Numbered from the stretch's first letter, positions 30,801 to 41,454 are shown. The stretch is 64,000 nt of DNA from Clostridia bacterium (GCA_022798335.1 JAAWMH010000019.1:11417-75416), one strand, 5' to 3'. Program-made: numbers and translations. The notes: a model not told the origin generated them from the sequence alone.

Positions 30801-33068
30801 AGAAATGGAAGCTATGTAGGAACAAGTATCTATGGAGAAATTACAAAACAAAACTTAGAAGAAAAATACAATGCAGTGTATGTACGAGGACTAAAAAATA
30901 AAAAAATAGAAACAGGAGAAAATGTATATATTTACTTAACATTCAAAGTAAATCCAGATGAAAAAGGACCAGTAATATTAGACGAAGACGATAGCCTAAA
31001 ACAAAATATAGCAGAAATTAATGGATATAAAAACTATTATGCAGATGGAACTGTTCTTCCAAATAATCAAGTAATACATGGAAACAATACTTATGCAGGA
31101 ATTATTGACAAAAATTCAACACCAGGAAACTTAAGCCTAGAAGACCTACAAGGAGAAAGATACGAAAAGAACTTTGAAGATGATACAGATAGAGCAAAAG
31201 GAATTAAAGTATTATTAGATGAAACAGCTGTAAGAAAGCTAAAAGGAACTGTATGGGAAGACGAAAGAACCCAAGAAGTAGAAGGAGCAGCAGTAGGAGA
31301 CGGTGTAAGACAAAAAGATGAAATCGGTATCAATGGAGTCACTGTAGAATTAGTAGAAAAACTAGAAAACGGAAACGAATATGTATGGCAAACGACTTTA
31401 TCAGGAAGCGGAAAAGGAACTAGAGTAAACCTAAAAACAGGAAAACTAGAAGAATATACATATAATAGAGGCGAAAACGGCTACTATGAATTTGCAGAAT
31501 TTATACCAGGAAACTATATTGTAAGGTTCCAATATGGAAACAATAAACAAACAGTAGTAACAACACCAAATGGTGGGCAAAATGCAGTATCCTATAATGG
31601 ACAAGACTTCAAAAATACAGTATATGCACAAGACTTAAAAAATAAAAAACAAATAGGAGACTATCAAGATAAATACTATAACATACAAGAAGCAGATAAC
31701 TTAAGTGTTAATGGAAAAGCAAATGTATCAGACGCAAAAGACTTGTGGGAAAATAGTACTGTAACAGTAGGAAGAAGAAAAGAAGGACAAACAAATTATC
31801 AAAATGAAACCTATCAAGGAAGAACTACAGTAAATCAATATGGAGCCAATAAAGTAAATAACTATGTAGCAGAAGTATTAGCATCCCCATATGCTAAAGA
31901 ACAAAATGAAGCGCAAATACAAGAATTGATGAACCATACACATATGGTGGCCCAAACAGGAATTATTGTAACAGAAGTAGAATATAACAGAACTAGTACA
32001 GATGGCTATAATGATGTAAGCAATGGTAAAGACACCTATCTATATGATAACGACAAAAATAGTAATTACACCATTAACCATGTAGACTTTGGACTAACAG
32101 AAAGACCAAAAGCACAGTTAGAACTTAATAAAAAAGTAACTAATGTAAAAATTACATTAGCTAATGGAAACACATTATTTGATGCAAGCCAATCAGTAGA
32201 TGATTTAGTTTGGGTAGCAGCAAAAAAATATGACTTAAATACCAAAATGAAAAAAGGAAAATATGAAGAATATTACGATAAGAGCAAAAAAGATAGTAAC
32301 TATCATCGTTACTCCTATAGAGAAGATATAAACAAATATATAAACGGACTATATCCAGGTGGAAAAAACGGACTAATTCAAGCAAGTATGGACGAAGAAT
32401 TAATGCATGGAGCAACGATACAAATTAGTTATGAATTAACTGTTAAAAACGTAGGAGAAACAGACTATACAGGAAAAGACTTCTACTATAAAGCTACAGG
32501 AGCAACAAAAGAAAATATTGTAACTACAACAGCAAATGAAGTAATAGACTATGTATCAAACAATCTGCAATATAGAGAACAAGATAATACTGACTGGAAA
32601 ATTGTAAAAGCAGAAGACTTAACTAATCAAGATGAGGGCAAAAAAGAACAAAGACTAGTAAATAACAGCTTAAGTGAAAACTTAGCTAAATTTAATACGA
32701 TAATACAAACCTCTAAATTACAAAAAGATTTAAAACCAGGAGAAAGTATGCAAAAAGACTTACAATTGACACAGTTAATAACAAGCCAAAATACACAAGA
32801 CGAAAAAACATATAACAATATAGCAGAAATAGTACAAACTTCAAACACAGTAGGAAGAAGAATGGCATACTCTATTGTAGGAAACCAAGACCCAACAGCA
32901 ACTACACCAAGTGAGGTAGACACAGCTAAATCAGAACAAGTAGTTATCTTACCACCATTTGGAAGCGCATACCTAATTTACATAGCAATCGCAATATTAA
33001 CATTAGCAGTTGTCAGTTTAGGGACGTACTTAATTATAACAAAAGTGTCAGTTAAGGGACAGTCTTAA
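27833..33068 (+). CDS. giant surface protein B2 (paralog of B1); its true N-terminus is separated from the long ORF by one extra C at 27869
   Basis: AGGAAAGGAGG lies upstream of the ATG at 27833. The sequence atg aaa aac aaa aaa aca tta gga att ctt gta att C gga atg aca restores MKNKKTLGILVIGMTLILVTLVIGF (a TM, as in B1). It contains YQLYCVQRG, RQVAIW, ERPKAQLELNKKVTNVKITLAN and VVILPPFG plus a TM. Confidence 0.75.
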
Positions 33069-33102
33069 AAAGAGAAAAAAGGTCAGTTAGTCCCTATTTC
33101 TC
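33012..33102. repeat. cluster of three GTCAGTT(T/A)AG(G)GAC units overlapping the B2 3' end, plus a subtype-2 palindrome
   Basis: The units are gtcagtttagggacgt (33012-33027, identical to 42799-42814), gtcagttaagggacagtc (33047-33064) and gtcagttagtccc (33082-33094). The palindrome gagaaaaaagg...cctatttctc spans 33072-33102. Confidence 0.7.
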
Positions 33103-33137
33103 CCTTTTGGGGATAAACGGACAAGTTAAAAATAAAA

Positions 33138-33177
33138 AGAGCAAATAACTATAAAAGTAGAGTTTGCTCTTTTTTTA
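33138..33177 (+). terminator. rho-independent terminator after module 2
   Basis: agagcaaa (33138-33145) pairs with tttgctct (33163-33170) and is followed by TTTTTT. Confidence 0.5.
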
Positions 33178-33518
33178 TATTCTAAAAAATTATTCATGTA
33201 GCGTGTATATTTTCATAGGAAATAATTATGGCGGATATTACAAAAGAGGGTGTCCTAAAATAGGAACCCTAAAGCAAAAATTCCAGTGAGAAATTTTCTG
33301 TGGAGTATGAATATTTATAAAGAATTTCATCAAAATATTGTAATTTAACGCTAGATACGATAAAATAAAAAGAAATAAAAGAAGAAAAAAGTAAAATGAA
33401 CACAAAAGATAGCAAAATTAAGAGAAAACTTTTTTAGTTTAAAGATTTAAAACGACAAATATTTTAAACAGCTTGTACTAGAATAACTGTAAATTAAAAA
33501 AGTAGGGGTGAACAAAAA

Positions 33519-36013
33519 GTGTTTCAAAATTTACAAAGAGATATACAAGAAAATAATGAAAATGAGGAGAAAATAAAACAAGAGAAAAGGCCTGTAAAAG
33601 AAATTTTAAAAGGTCTATTTAGTTTGCAAAATATTGCTTTATATGTAATTGCTTTTATGATATCTATGGTAGGATTTCGTAGCGAGAGTATCATATTAAG
33701 CATGAGTCCATTTGCTATTAGCTTTTTAGCAGCATGTTTAAGTAATAAAAAATCCATAGGAATAGCCTACATTTTAACTCTAATAGGTACTTTTATTTCC
33801 TTTGGAACGAATAGCACACTTGTTTATTTTTTAACATCATTGGTATTTTTTGTGCTAGTATTAATTAAAAGACCAAAACAGCAAAAAGGTGTAAACGAAC
33901 AAATCAAAATAGGTGTGCACTTAATTTTGGCAGTACTTTTCGTACAGGTAGTACCTATGTTTTTTAGAAGCTTTTATGTATATGACTTATTAACAAGTAT
34001 TATGCTTACCATTTGCAGTTATGTATTTTATAAAATTTTTAGCAATTCTATTTTAATGATTTATGAATTTGGAAAGAAAAAAGCATTTTCCATTGAAGAA
34101 GTAATGGGAACTAGTTTATTGCTTGCTATTAGTTTATGTGCATTAGGAGATTTTCGTATATTTGGATATAGTTTATGCAACGTTCTAAGCATTTTATTAG
34201 TTCTTATTTTAGGGTGGAAAAATGGAATGGTAGTTGGCGCCACAGGAGGAATTACCATAGGAATTGTTACAGGTATTATTGGAAATAGCGATCCTGTTAT
34301 GGTAGCATCTTATGCTATATCAGGACTAATTGCAGGAATTTTCTACCGACTTGGAAGAATAGGCGTAGTGTTAGGCTTTATTTTAGGAAATGTATTATTA
34401 ACTTATGTAGCTAATGGAAATACTGTACCAGTAATTTTATTTCAAGAAATTTTAATTGCGTTTTTAGGATTACTTGCTGTACCAAAGAGATTTAAAATTG
34501 ATATTCAAGACTTATATATCAAAAATAAATTATTACCAGAAGCGGGAGCAAGAAGTTTAGCAGAAAATCAAGATACCATTTTTAAACTAAATAGTATGTC
34601 AGAAGCAATTAGTGATTTAGCAAGAAGTTATGAAGAAGCAGCAACTACGGTATTAGATGACAAAGACTTAAAAAAGCAAGAACTATCGAATGAGCAAATT
34701 TTCAGAGAAGAACTAGAAATAAACTTGTCAGAGTTAGAAAATAATTTGTTATATGAAGATATAATAGAAAATAGAGATGAATTAGTAGATAGTATATTTA
34801 GCCATTTGCTAAAACAAGAACTAATTACAGAAAAAGAATTAGTAGCCATTTTTGAAGCCCATAATCACTATATTATAGGTTTTAGTGAAAAAAATGAACA
34901 AGTAGTAGAAGATGTTTCAAAAATGATAAAAGCAATCAACTATTCATACCGTATTAGTAAAATGAATTTCATTTGGAAGAAAAAAATGGAAGAAAGCAAA
35001 AAAACAGTATCATCTCAATTAGATGGAGTATCAAAAGCAATTTCTTCAATGGCAGAAGAAATCGAAAAGGAAAATGAAGATCCATTTGAAATACAAAAAA
35101 AAGAAATTATGTTACTGCTAGAACAAAAAGAAATTGAAATAGAGCAGATAAAAATAAAGCAAAACACTTCAGGTAGGTACTTTGTAGAAGTATATACAAA
35201 TATTTGCACAGATATAGAGGGAAAAGAATGTAATATTAAAAAAATTGCCAGAATAATAGAAAAGGTGCTAAAGGATAAGTTTATTATTCAAGGACAAGAA
35301 TGTGGTTTAAGAGAACAAAAAGATATTTGCAAATTTACATATTATTCAGAAGATAAATATAAATTGCAAGTAGGAGTAGCAACAAGTACAAAAACAGGCT
35401 CACCAGTATCACGGAGATAGTCATATAGAAACAAAATTAGAAGATGGAAAATATTTGCTTGCTATTAGTGATGGAATGGGATCACGGCCCAGAGGCAATG
35501 AAAAGTAGTAAAATAGCAGTAAAAATGCTAGAAAGATTATTAAAAGCAGGGTTTGATAAAGAGGTATCTTTAAAACTAATTAACTCTACATTAGTAGCAA
35601 ACACACAAGAAGACATGTATGCAACATTAGACCTGCAAATATTAGACTTATATGCAGGAAATATGGAGTTTATCAAAAATGGAGCATGTCCAACTTTTAT
35701 AAAAAGAAACAAAGAAGTACAACTTCTAAAATCGTTAACACTACCAACAGGAATACTAGAAAACGAAGATTTAGTAGTGTATGACTACGACTTAGAAGAT
35801 GGCGATATTTTAGTTATGTGTAGTGATGGAATTATTGATAGTAACACAGAATATATCAATAAAGAGCTTTGGGTAAAATATTTATTAGAAGATATACAAA
35901 CAGAAGATAGCCAAAGTTTAGCAAATATGATTTTAGGAGAAGCAGTAGACAATGGCTTTGGAGTGCCAAAAGATGATATGACTGTATTAGTAGTAAAAGT
36001 AAGTAAAAAATAA
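33519..36013 (+). CDS. spoIIE: stage II sporulation protein E (membrane PP2C phosphatase), interrupted by two extra C residues at 35412 and 35485
   Basis: Track ORFs 33519..35420 and 35444..36013 differ by +2. The sequence tca C gga gat agt ... gga tca C ggc cca gag restores GSPVSGDSHIETKLEDGKYLLAISDGMGSGPEAMKSSKIAVKMLE (PP2C motifs). There is a polytopic N-terminal membrane domain. GTG start with RBS AGGGGTG. Confidence 0.85.
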
Positions 36014-36140
36014 AAAAACGAATCAGACAGGCTTTTGTATAATCCTATATGTAAAATAATATTTAATTGCAGCTTTAAATCATTTTAGAATAAGAGATTT
36101 CCAAAAAATACCTTGTCATACTACATATAAATATGATATA

Positions 36141-36176
36141 GTATAGCTAGAAAAATTAGCTATACTGTATTTTTTA
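36141..36176 (+). terminator. hairpin plus T-run downstream of spoIIE
   Basis: gtatagcta (36141-36149) pairs with tagctatac (36157-36165), and a T-run follows after 3 nt. It overlaps a possible TTGTCA-18-TATAGT promoter (36113-36142). Confidence 0.35.
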
Positions 36177-36186
36177 TGGAGGATAT

Positions 36187-37711
36187 ATGAGTAAAGGAAA
36201 AAGATACGAACGGTGGAGAGCCAAAATTAAATATAAAAAAGGTAATAGCAGTCATTATTGCATTTGCTGTCATTGTTATGGTAGCAATTGGAATTAGTAA
36301 AATGCTAACAGAAGGAACAAAAACAGATGCAAAAACAGTGGCAAATGGCTATTATGCAGTATATACTGGTGGAAAATGGGGAGTTATTAATTCAAAAGGA
36401 GACACTATTATAAAGCCAGAGTATGAAGAAGCTATTATTATACCAGATACTACAAAAGACATATTTTTATGTACTTATGATGTAGATTACACAGCAGGTA
36501 CCTACAAAACCAAAGTACTTAATAGTAAAGGAGAAGAAATTATTACAGGATATGATACAGTAAGAGCACTAGAAAATTATGATAGTAATAACAATGTATG
36601 GTATGGAAATGACGTATTAGTAGTATCAAAAGCAGGAAAATATGGACTAGTAGATTTTAAAGGAAAAGAACTTTTAAAATGTGAATATGACTCAATAGAA
36701 GCGCTAAAAGGTGTAAAAAGTAGTTTTATAACAAAAAAAGATGGAAAATTAGGGTTAGTAGATAATATCGGAGCGACTATTATAGAAAATGAATATCAAG
36801 CAATTAAACCAATTTCAGACAAATTTGAAAATGGCTATATTGTTACAGATGTAAACAAAAAAATGGGAGTAATTAGTGGAAATAAAACCATAGCAGTAGA
36901 AGTAAAATATGAAGATATCAAGCAAGTCTATGGTGATGGAAACTATGTAGTAAAAGAAAATGGAAAATGGAAAATAGTAGACAGCCAGGGGAAAAGCTAT
37001 TTAGAAGAAAAATTTGATGAAATAACTTCTATTCATGGACAAAATGTTATTCTTCAAAAGGATAAAAAGTATGGTGTAACAACACTTACAGAAGAAAACA
37101 AAATTGCCATAAAATATGAAGAGATAAGCTATGCATTTGAAGATAATTATATTTTTAAACAAAACAATAAATATGGAATTATTAATTTAAGTGGTGAGGA
37201 AGTATTAAAACCAGAATATGATAGTCTTATTTATAGAGAAGATGCAGGATTTTTTGAAGGGACAAAATCAAATGAAGCACAAACCTATTTTATAGGAAAC
37301 GACTTTGAAGTAAAACTAAGCGGAATCTTATCAGAATTAAATATTACAAATGGTTATATGAAAATAAGAGCAGAAGGAGAATACAAATACTATAACTTCA
37401 AATTTGAAGAAAAAACAAGTAAAGAATTATTAAATACTAATACATTATTTTTAGATAAAAAAGATGGAAAATATGGCTATGTAAATAAAGAAGGAATTGT
37501 AGTAGTAGACTATATTTACGACGACGCAAGAGAACAAAACGAATTTGGCTATAGTAGTGTAAAACAAAATGGAATGTGGGGGGCTATTGACTCAAAGGGC
37601 AATGTAGTTATTACACCAGCTTATAAATTAGAAAATAATACGTTAATTGAATTTATTGGTAAATGGCATAGAGGAGAAGACTTAAACTTAAACTATTATA
37701 CAGATGAATAA
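36187..37711 (+). CDS. WG-repeat (KWG-type) protein with N-terminal TM; its start is separated from the long ORF by one extra C at 36211
   Basis: GGAGG lies upstream of the ATG at 36187. The sequence atg agt aaa gga aaa aga tac gaa C ggt gga gag cca gives MSKGKRYEGGEPKLNIKKVIAVIIAFAVIVMVAIGISK. There are many GKWGVINSKGDTIIKPEYE / GKYGLVDFKGKELLKCEYD repeats. Confidence 0.7.
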
Positions 37712-37722
37712 AAGGAGAAAAT

Positions 37723-38952
37723 ATGGAACAAAAGATAAAATATCAATACACGTACTTTATTTATCCATATATGATAGAAGAAAAAGACTATACAAGTTAT
37801 TTGTATAGTCTCTTAAAGAGAAAAAACATAATATTAAGAGTATTTGATAGAAAAAAAGATATCGAAATAGATACATACTTTTTACCAGAAATCAAAGAGC
37901 GTATGTTTTGGACAATAGATTTTACTAAGCAAGCATGGAAAGACTATGAAACTACAGATACTAAAATGAAAGCTAATCTTTTAAGTAAAAAATATTGCTG
38001 CTTTTTTGAGTATAGTTTAGAAGAAGATATACCAGCTAAAATAGGAGAAGAAAAGGGTATCTTTTTTGATATTACGAAAATAGAAATACTTTGCTTCTCA
38101 ACAGGAGTATGCTTTTTAACTTTAAAAACAACGTTAAATGAAGAAACAAGCTTTTCAGAGGTTTTAAATTTTAATTATAAATTTAGAGATATAGGCTCAA
38201 AAGCAGGGCACAGTAAAGAATATGATAACATAAAAATACAAACCAATAAATTTCAAAATATGGAAACCTTTGAAAAATTTTTAAAACAAATAGCAGGGAT
38301 TAACATGTTAGCAAAACAAATCAACTTAGACACAAATCGTTTAATTACCTATAGTTATACCTGTTTAGACCAAAATAATTGGAATGAAAACACCGATATA
38401 GGGATGTTAGAAAAAGAATTTGAAAAATATAGGCATATTTGGTCAGCAGGAGAGCAAATAGATGACATTACAACAAAGCAAGAATTAGTATACCAAGAAA
38501 AATATATCTATTATGGATTTTCAGTAAATAGTACAGTATTACTTACTTCTAGTAGCAATATAAAAAATTATACTAGTTTACTATTCAACTATGAAACAGA
38601 GCAGCTTTATCATTATTTATATCATTTACATCAAAAAATTTATCTAAAAAAGCTAAACTATGAATTTACCAAAACAAAAAACTTTAATAAAATCAGAAAA
38701 AAGTTTTTAAACTTTGCTAAAAAAGACTGGATATATGAAGTGACAAATGATGTAAAAGGAAGTATATTAGAAAGTTATTATCGAAAAGCACAAAAATTAG
38801 ATGAAACCTTTTTGAAATTAAAAAAACAATATGATTTATTATATAAAGATTATGAAATAACAAAAACAAAAAAACATGGAAAGAAAATTATGATAGCAAT
38901 TAGTTTGCTAATTATCATCAATTTATTTGGAATTTGGCTTACTATAAAATAA
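37723..38952 (+). CDS. hypothetical 409-aa protein with a single C-terminal TM
   Basis: RBS AAGGAGAA. It is a Tyr/Lys-rich soluble domain ending in KKIMIAISLLIIINLFGIWLTIK. Family not recognised. Confidence 0.6.
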   Translation: MEQKIKYQYTYFIYPYMIEEKDYTSYLYSLLKRKNIILRVFDRKKDIEIDTYFLPEIKERMFWTIDFTKQAWKDYETTDTKMKANLLSKKYCCFFEYSLEEDIPAKIGEEKGIFFDITKIEILCFSTGVCFLTLKTTLNEETSFSEVLNFNYKFRDIGSKAGHSKEYDNIKIQTNKFQNMETFEKFLKQIAGINMLAKQINLDTNRLITYSYTCLDQNNWNENTDIGMLEKEFEKYRHIWSAGEQIDDITTKQELVYQEKYIYYGFSVNSTVLLTSSSNIKNYTSLLFNYETEQLYHYLYHLHQKIYLKKLNYEFTKTKNFNKIRKKFLNFAKKDWIYEVTNDVKGSILESYYRKAQKLDETFLKLKKQYDLLYKDYEITKTKKHGKKIMIAISLLIIINLFGIWLTIK

Positions 38953-38962
38953 AGGAGGAATC

Positions 38963-39334
38963 ATGGAAATACGAACAGGAGTAGACATAATTGAGGTTGC
39001 AAGAATACAAGAAGCAATTGAAAAACAAGCAGAAGGCTTCTTAAAAAGAGTATATACGCAAAAAGAAATAGACTATTGTAGTAGCACAAAAAAAATGAAA
39101 TATCAACACTATGCAGCAAGATTTGCAGCAAAAGAAGCCATATTTAAAGCAATTTCCTCTAAAATTTTAGTAGAAGATACCATATTAAATAAAATAGAAA
39201 TAGAAAACCAAAAAGATGGCAAACCAGTAGCAAACTTAGAAAAATTGAAACTAGAAAACGTAGAAAGTATGGATTTAAGTCTATCTCACTTAGAAGAATA
39301 CGCAGTAGCAAGTTTTACCATTTTATTTAAGTAA
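38963..39334 (+). CDS. acpS: holo-ACP synthase
   Basis: 123 aa. GVDIIEVARI...YCSS...YQHYAARFAAKEAIFKAI is the classic AcpS pattern. Confidence 0.85.
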   Translation: MEIRTGVDIIEVARIQEAIEKQAEGFLKRVYTQKEIDYCSSTKKMKYQHYAARFAAKEAIFKAISSKILVEDTILNKIEIENQKDGKPVANLEKLKLENVESMDLSLSHLEEYAVASFTILFK

Positions 39335-39346
39335 AAGGAGAAAAAA

Positions 39347-40135
39347 GTGGAATTATTTGATTCACATGCACATTATAACGATGAAAAATTTGAAAAAGAT
39401 CAAGTACAAATTTTAAAAAAAGTCTATGAAAGTGGTGTAACTAAATTAGTTTGTGCAGGCTATAGCCTAGAGTCTTCAAAAAAAGCTGTGCAAATAGCAG
39501 ACCAAAATGACTTTGTATATGCAATTGTTGGCATATCACCAAACGACCTTCCACAAATAAAAGAAAATACACAATTTCAGGAGCAATTTTTAAACCAACT
39601 AGAAGAAGTAAAAAAAATAGCAGAGCATAAGAAAGTAGTAGCCATAGGAGAAATAGGGCTAGACTACTATTGGAATGAGGAAAATAGAGAGCAGCAAAAA
39701 TGGGCGTTTATCAAACAAATAGAACTAGCAAATGAGCTAAAGTTGCCAATTGTAATCCACACCAGGGAAGCCATATTTGACACATTAGAAATACTAAAAA
39801 AACAAGAATGCAAAGGTGTATTTCATTGCTGTCCATTAAATATTGACTTAATTAGAGAAGGGTTAAAATTAGGATTTTATATTTCATTTGCAGGACCAGT
39901 TACCTTCAAAAATGCAAAAAATGCACAAAATGCCATAAACGAAGTACCAATCGATAAAATGTTAATCGAAACAGACAGTCCCTATTTAGCACCAGAGCCA
40001 GTAAGAGGAAGTAGAAATAATTCAGAAAATGTAAAATATATAGCACAAAAAATAGCACAAGTAAAAGGAATACCAGTAGAAGAGGTAGCAAAAAAAACTT
40101 ATCAAAATGCAAAAAAAATATTTTCCATTATTTAA
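39347..40135 (+). CDS. tatD: TatD-family metal-dependent hydrolase
   Basis: 262 aa with a GTG start. It contains LFDSHAHYND, IGEIGLDYYW, PIVIHTREA and ETDSPYLAP motifs. Confidence 0.9.
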   Translation: MELFDSHAHYNDEKFEKDQVQILKKVYESGVTKLVCAGYSLESSKKAVQIADQNDFVYAIVGISPNDLPQIKENTQFQEQFLNQLEEVKKIAEHKKVVAIGEIGLDYYWNEENREQQKWAFIKQIELANELKLPIVIHTREAIFDTLEILKKQECKGVFHCCPLNIDLIREGLKLGFYISFAGPVTFKNAKNAQNAINEVPIDKMLIETDSPYLAPEPVRGSRNNSENVKYIAQKIAQVKGIPVEEVAKKTYQNAKKIFSII

Positions 40136-40263
40136 AGAAAAGTTTTCATATTTTGGTACAAGCATGCATATAATATAGTAGAAATAAATACTTTCAAAAG
40201 ATTTAAAAAATATTATTTTTAGCAAAACGGCTAGTAGTAAAGCTTAGCAAAAAGCTACAAAAT

Positions 40264-40292
40264 TTGACAGAGATGCTAAAAAATGGTATAAT
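40264..40292 (+). promoter_or_regulatory. consensus sigma-A promoter with extended -10
   Basis: TTGACA (40264-40269), a 17-nt spacer, then TGgTATAAT (TATAAT at 40287-40292), upstream of the gene at 40330. Confidence 0.6.
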
Positions 40293-40329
40293 ATAATTGT
40301 TGCCAAATAAAGGAGGGAACAAATAAAAT

Positions 40330-41331
40330 ATGAAAAATGATGATAAAGCGTCTATATCGCTGAAAAAAATAATATGCATTGCCATTTTATTTATCTTCAT
40401 CATGACAGTAGCAGTAACAGCTACAAATGTAAAGTTAAATAACGTAAAAATTATTCTTACAAGTGGATATGAAATGAATGTTTTAACAAGCAAAAAGCAA
40501 ATTTCAGAAATACTTGAAGAAAACCATATTATATTATTAGAAGACGAAAAAGTAATTCCAGATTTAACATCTGAATTATCAGACAATAACACCATTAAAA
40601 TTACGAAAAAAACAGAAGAAGAAATTGAATTACCAGAAGTAGTAGAAACATCAGAAGATATTTCAGTAGAACAAATATTAAGTACTTATGATACTATTGT
40701 AGAAAAATTAGTAGTAGAAAAAGTAAAAATACCTTATGAAACAATTACCAAAAATGTAGCAACAGGAGCAGGTACAAAACAAGATAAAATAGTGCAATAT
40801 GGTGTAGATGGCTTAAAAGAAGTTACTTATAAAATAAAATATCAAAATGAAAAAGAAATTGAAAAGAAAGAAATTTCATCAAAAATTATAAGAAAACCAG
40901 TAGATAAAATCGTAGAAGTTAGAAACAAACAAGTAACCACAAGAAGTGGAACAGTTGTTAGATATGCAGGAAAATGGAGCTATTCAGAATCAGAACTAGA
41001 TTTACTATGTGCTATCACAGCACAAGAATGCTCATCAAGCTATAATGGAGCATTAGCAGTAATTACAACAGCATGTAATAGAGCACAAAGTAGTAGATGG
41101 AAAAGTAGAGGAACAGATCCATTAAGCCAATATAAGGCAAAAGGGCAATTTTGTTATTCTATAGATAACCACTGGAGAAAAAGACTAAATGGAAATTATC
41201 CAGCACATGTAAAACAAGCAGTAATTGATGCATTAAATGGAAAAAGAAACCATAATTACTTATCATTTAGAGCAGCAGGTTATGCAAACGGTGTTAATAT
41301 AGGTGGTAACGTATACTTCAATGCAATGTAA
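40330..41331 (+). CDS. YabE-like secreted cell-wall protein (DUF348/G5 region plus C-terminal SleB-type hydrolase domain)
   Basis: It has an N-terminal TM, a G5-like segment (KIPYETITKNVATGAGTKQDKIVQYGVDGLKEVTYKIKYQNEKEI) and a C-terminal LLCAITAQEC...ALAVITTACNR segment. It follows tatD, matching the yabD-yabE order in Bacillus. Confidence 0.65.
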   Translation: MKNDDKASISLKKIICIAILFIFIMTVAVTATNVKLNNVKIILTSGYEMNVLTSKKQISEILEENHIILLEDEKVIPDLTSELSDNNTIKITKKTEEEIELPEVVETSEDISVEQILSTYDTIVEKLVVEKVKIPYETITKNVATGAGTKQDKIVQYGVDGLKEVTYKIKYQNEKEIEKKEISSKIIRKPVDKIVEVRNKQVTTRSGTVVRYAGKWSYSESELDLLCAITAQECSSSYNGALAVITTACNRAQSSRWKSRGTDPLSQYKAKGQFCYSIDNHWRKRLNGNYPAHVKQAVIDALNGKRNHNYLSFRAAGYANGVNIGGNVYFNAM

Positions 41332-41340
41332 TTAAATTAG

Positions 41341-41383
41341 GGTCAGTCCCTTTTCACCCCAAAAGGGGAAAAAGGAACTGGTC
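41341..41383. repeat. REP-like composite palindrome related to subtype 2
   Basis: ggtcagtcccttttcacccc-aaaa-ggggaaaaaggaactggtc. The right half resembles the reverse complement of 19285-19320. Confidence 0.6.
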
Positions 41384-41400
41384 AAATAAATAAAAATAAA

Positions 41401-41433
41401 CAGCAGCAACTCATAAAGAGTTGCTGCTGTTTT
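41401..41433. terminator. bidirectional rho-independent terminator
   Basis: cagcagcaactc pairs perfectly (12 bp) with gagttgctgctg around an ataaa loop. A TTTT run lies downstream and an A-rich run upstream. It sits between convergent genes. Confidence 0.8.
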
Positions 41434-41454
41434 GCCTAGAAAAGAAATTTAGAG

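Noticed and set aside
8900-33200. Calling the 24-kb surface-protein block a mobile genetic island or prophage
   Set aside because: I could see no integrase, transposase, recombinase, tRNA target, flanking direct repeats or phage structural genes. Only the XRE regulator is phage-like. I describe it as an accessory block and do not call it a mobile element.
33190-33510. A possible riboswitch, sRNA or small ORF (MADITKEGVLK) in the 450-nt gap before spoIIE
   Set aside because: I could find no recognisable riboswitch core, no convincing stable structure and no RBS for the mini-ORF. It is probably just the spoIIE regulatory region.
40203-40595. Minus-strand ORF 40203..40595 across the promoter and 5' end of the yabE-like gene
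   Set aside because: It is antisense to a gene with a consensus promoter, an RBS and recognisable domains. Its product is low-complexity.
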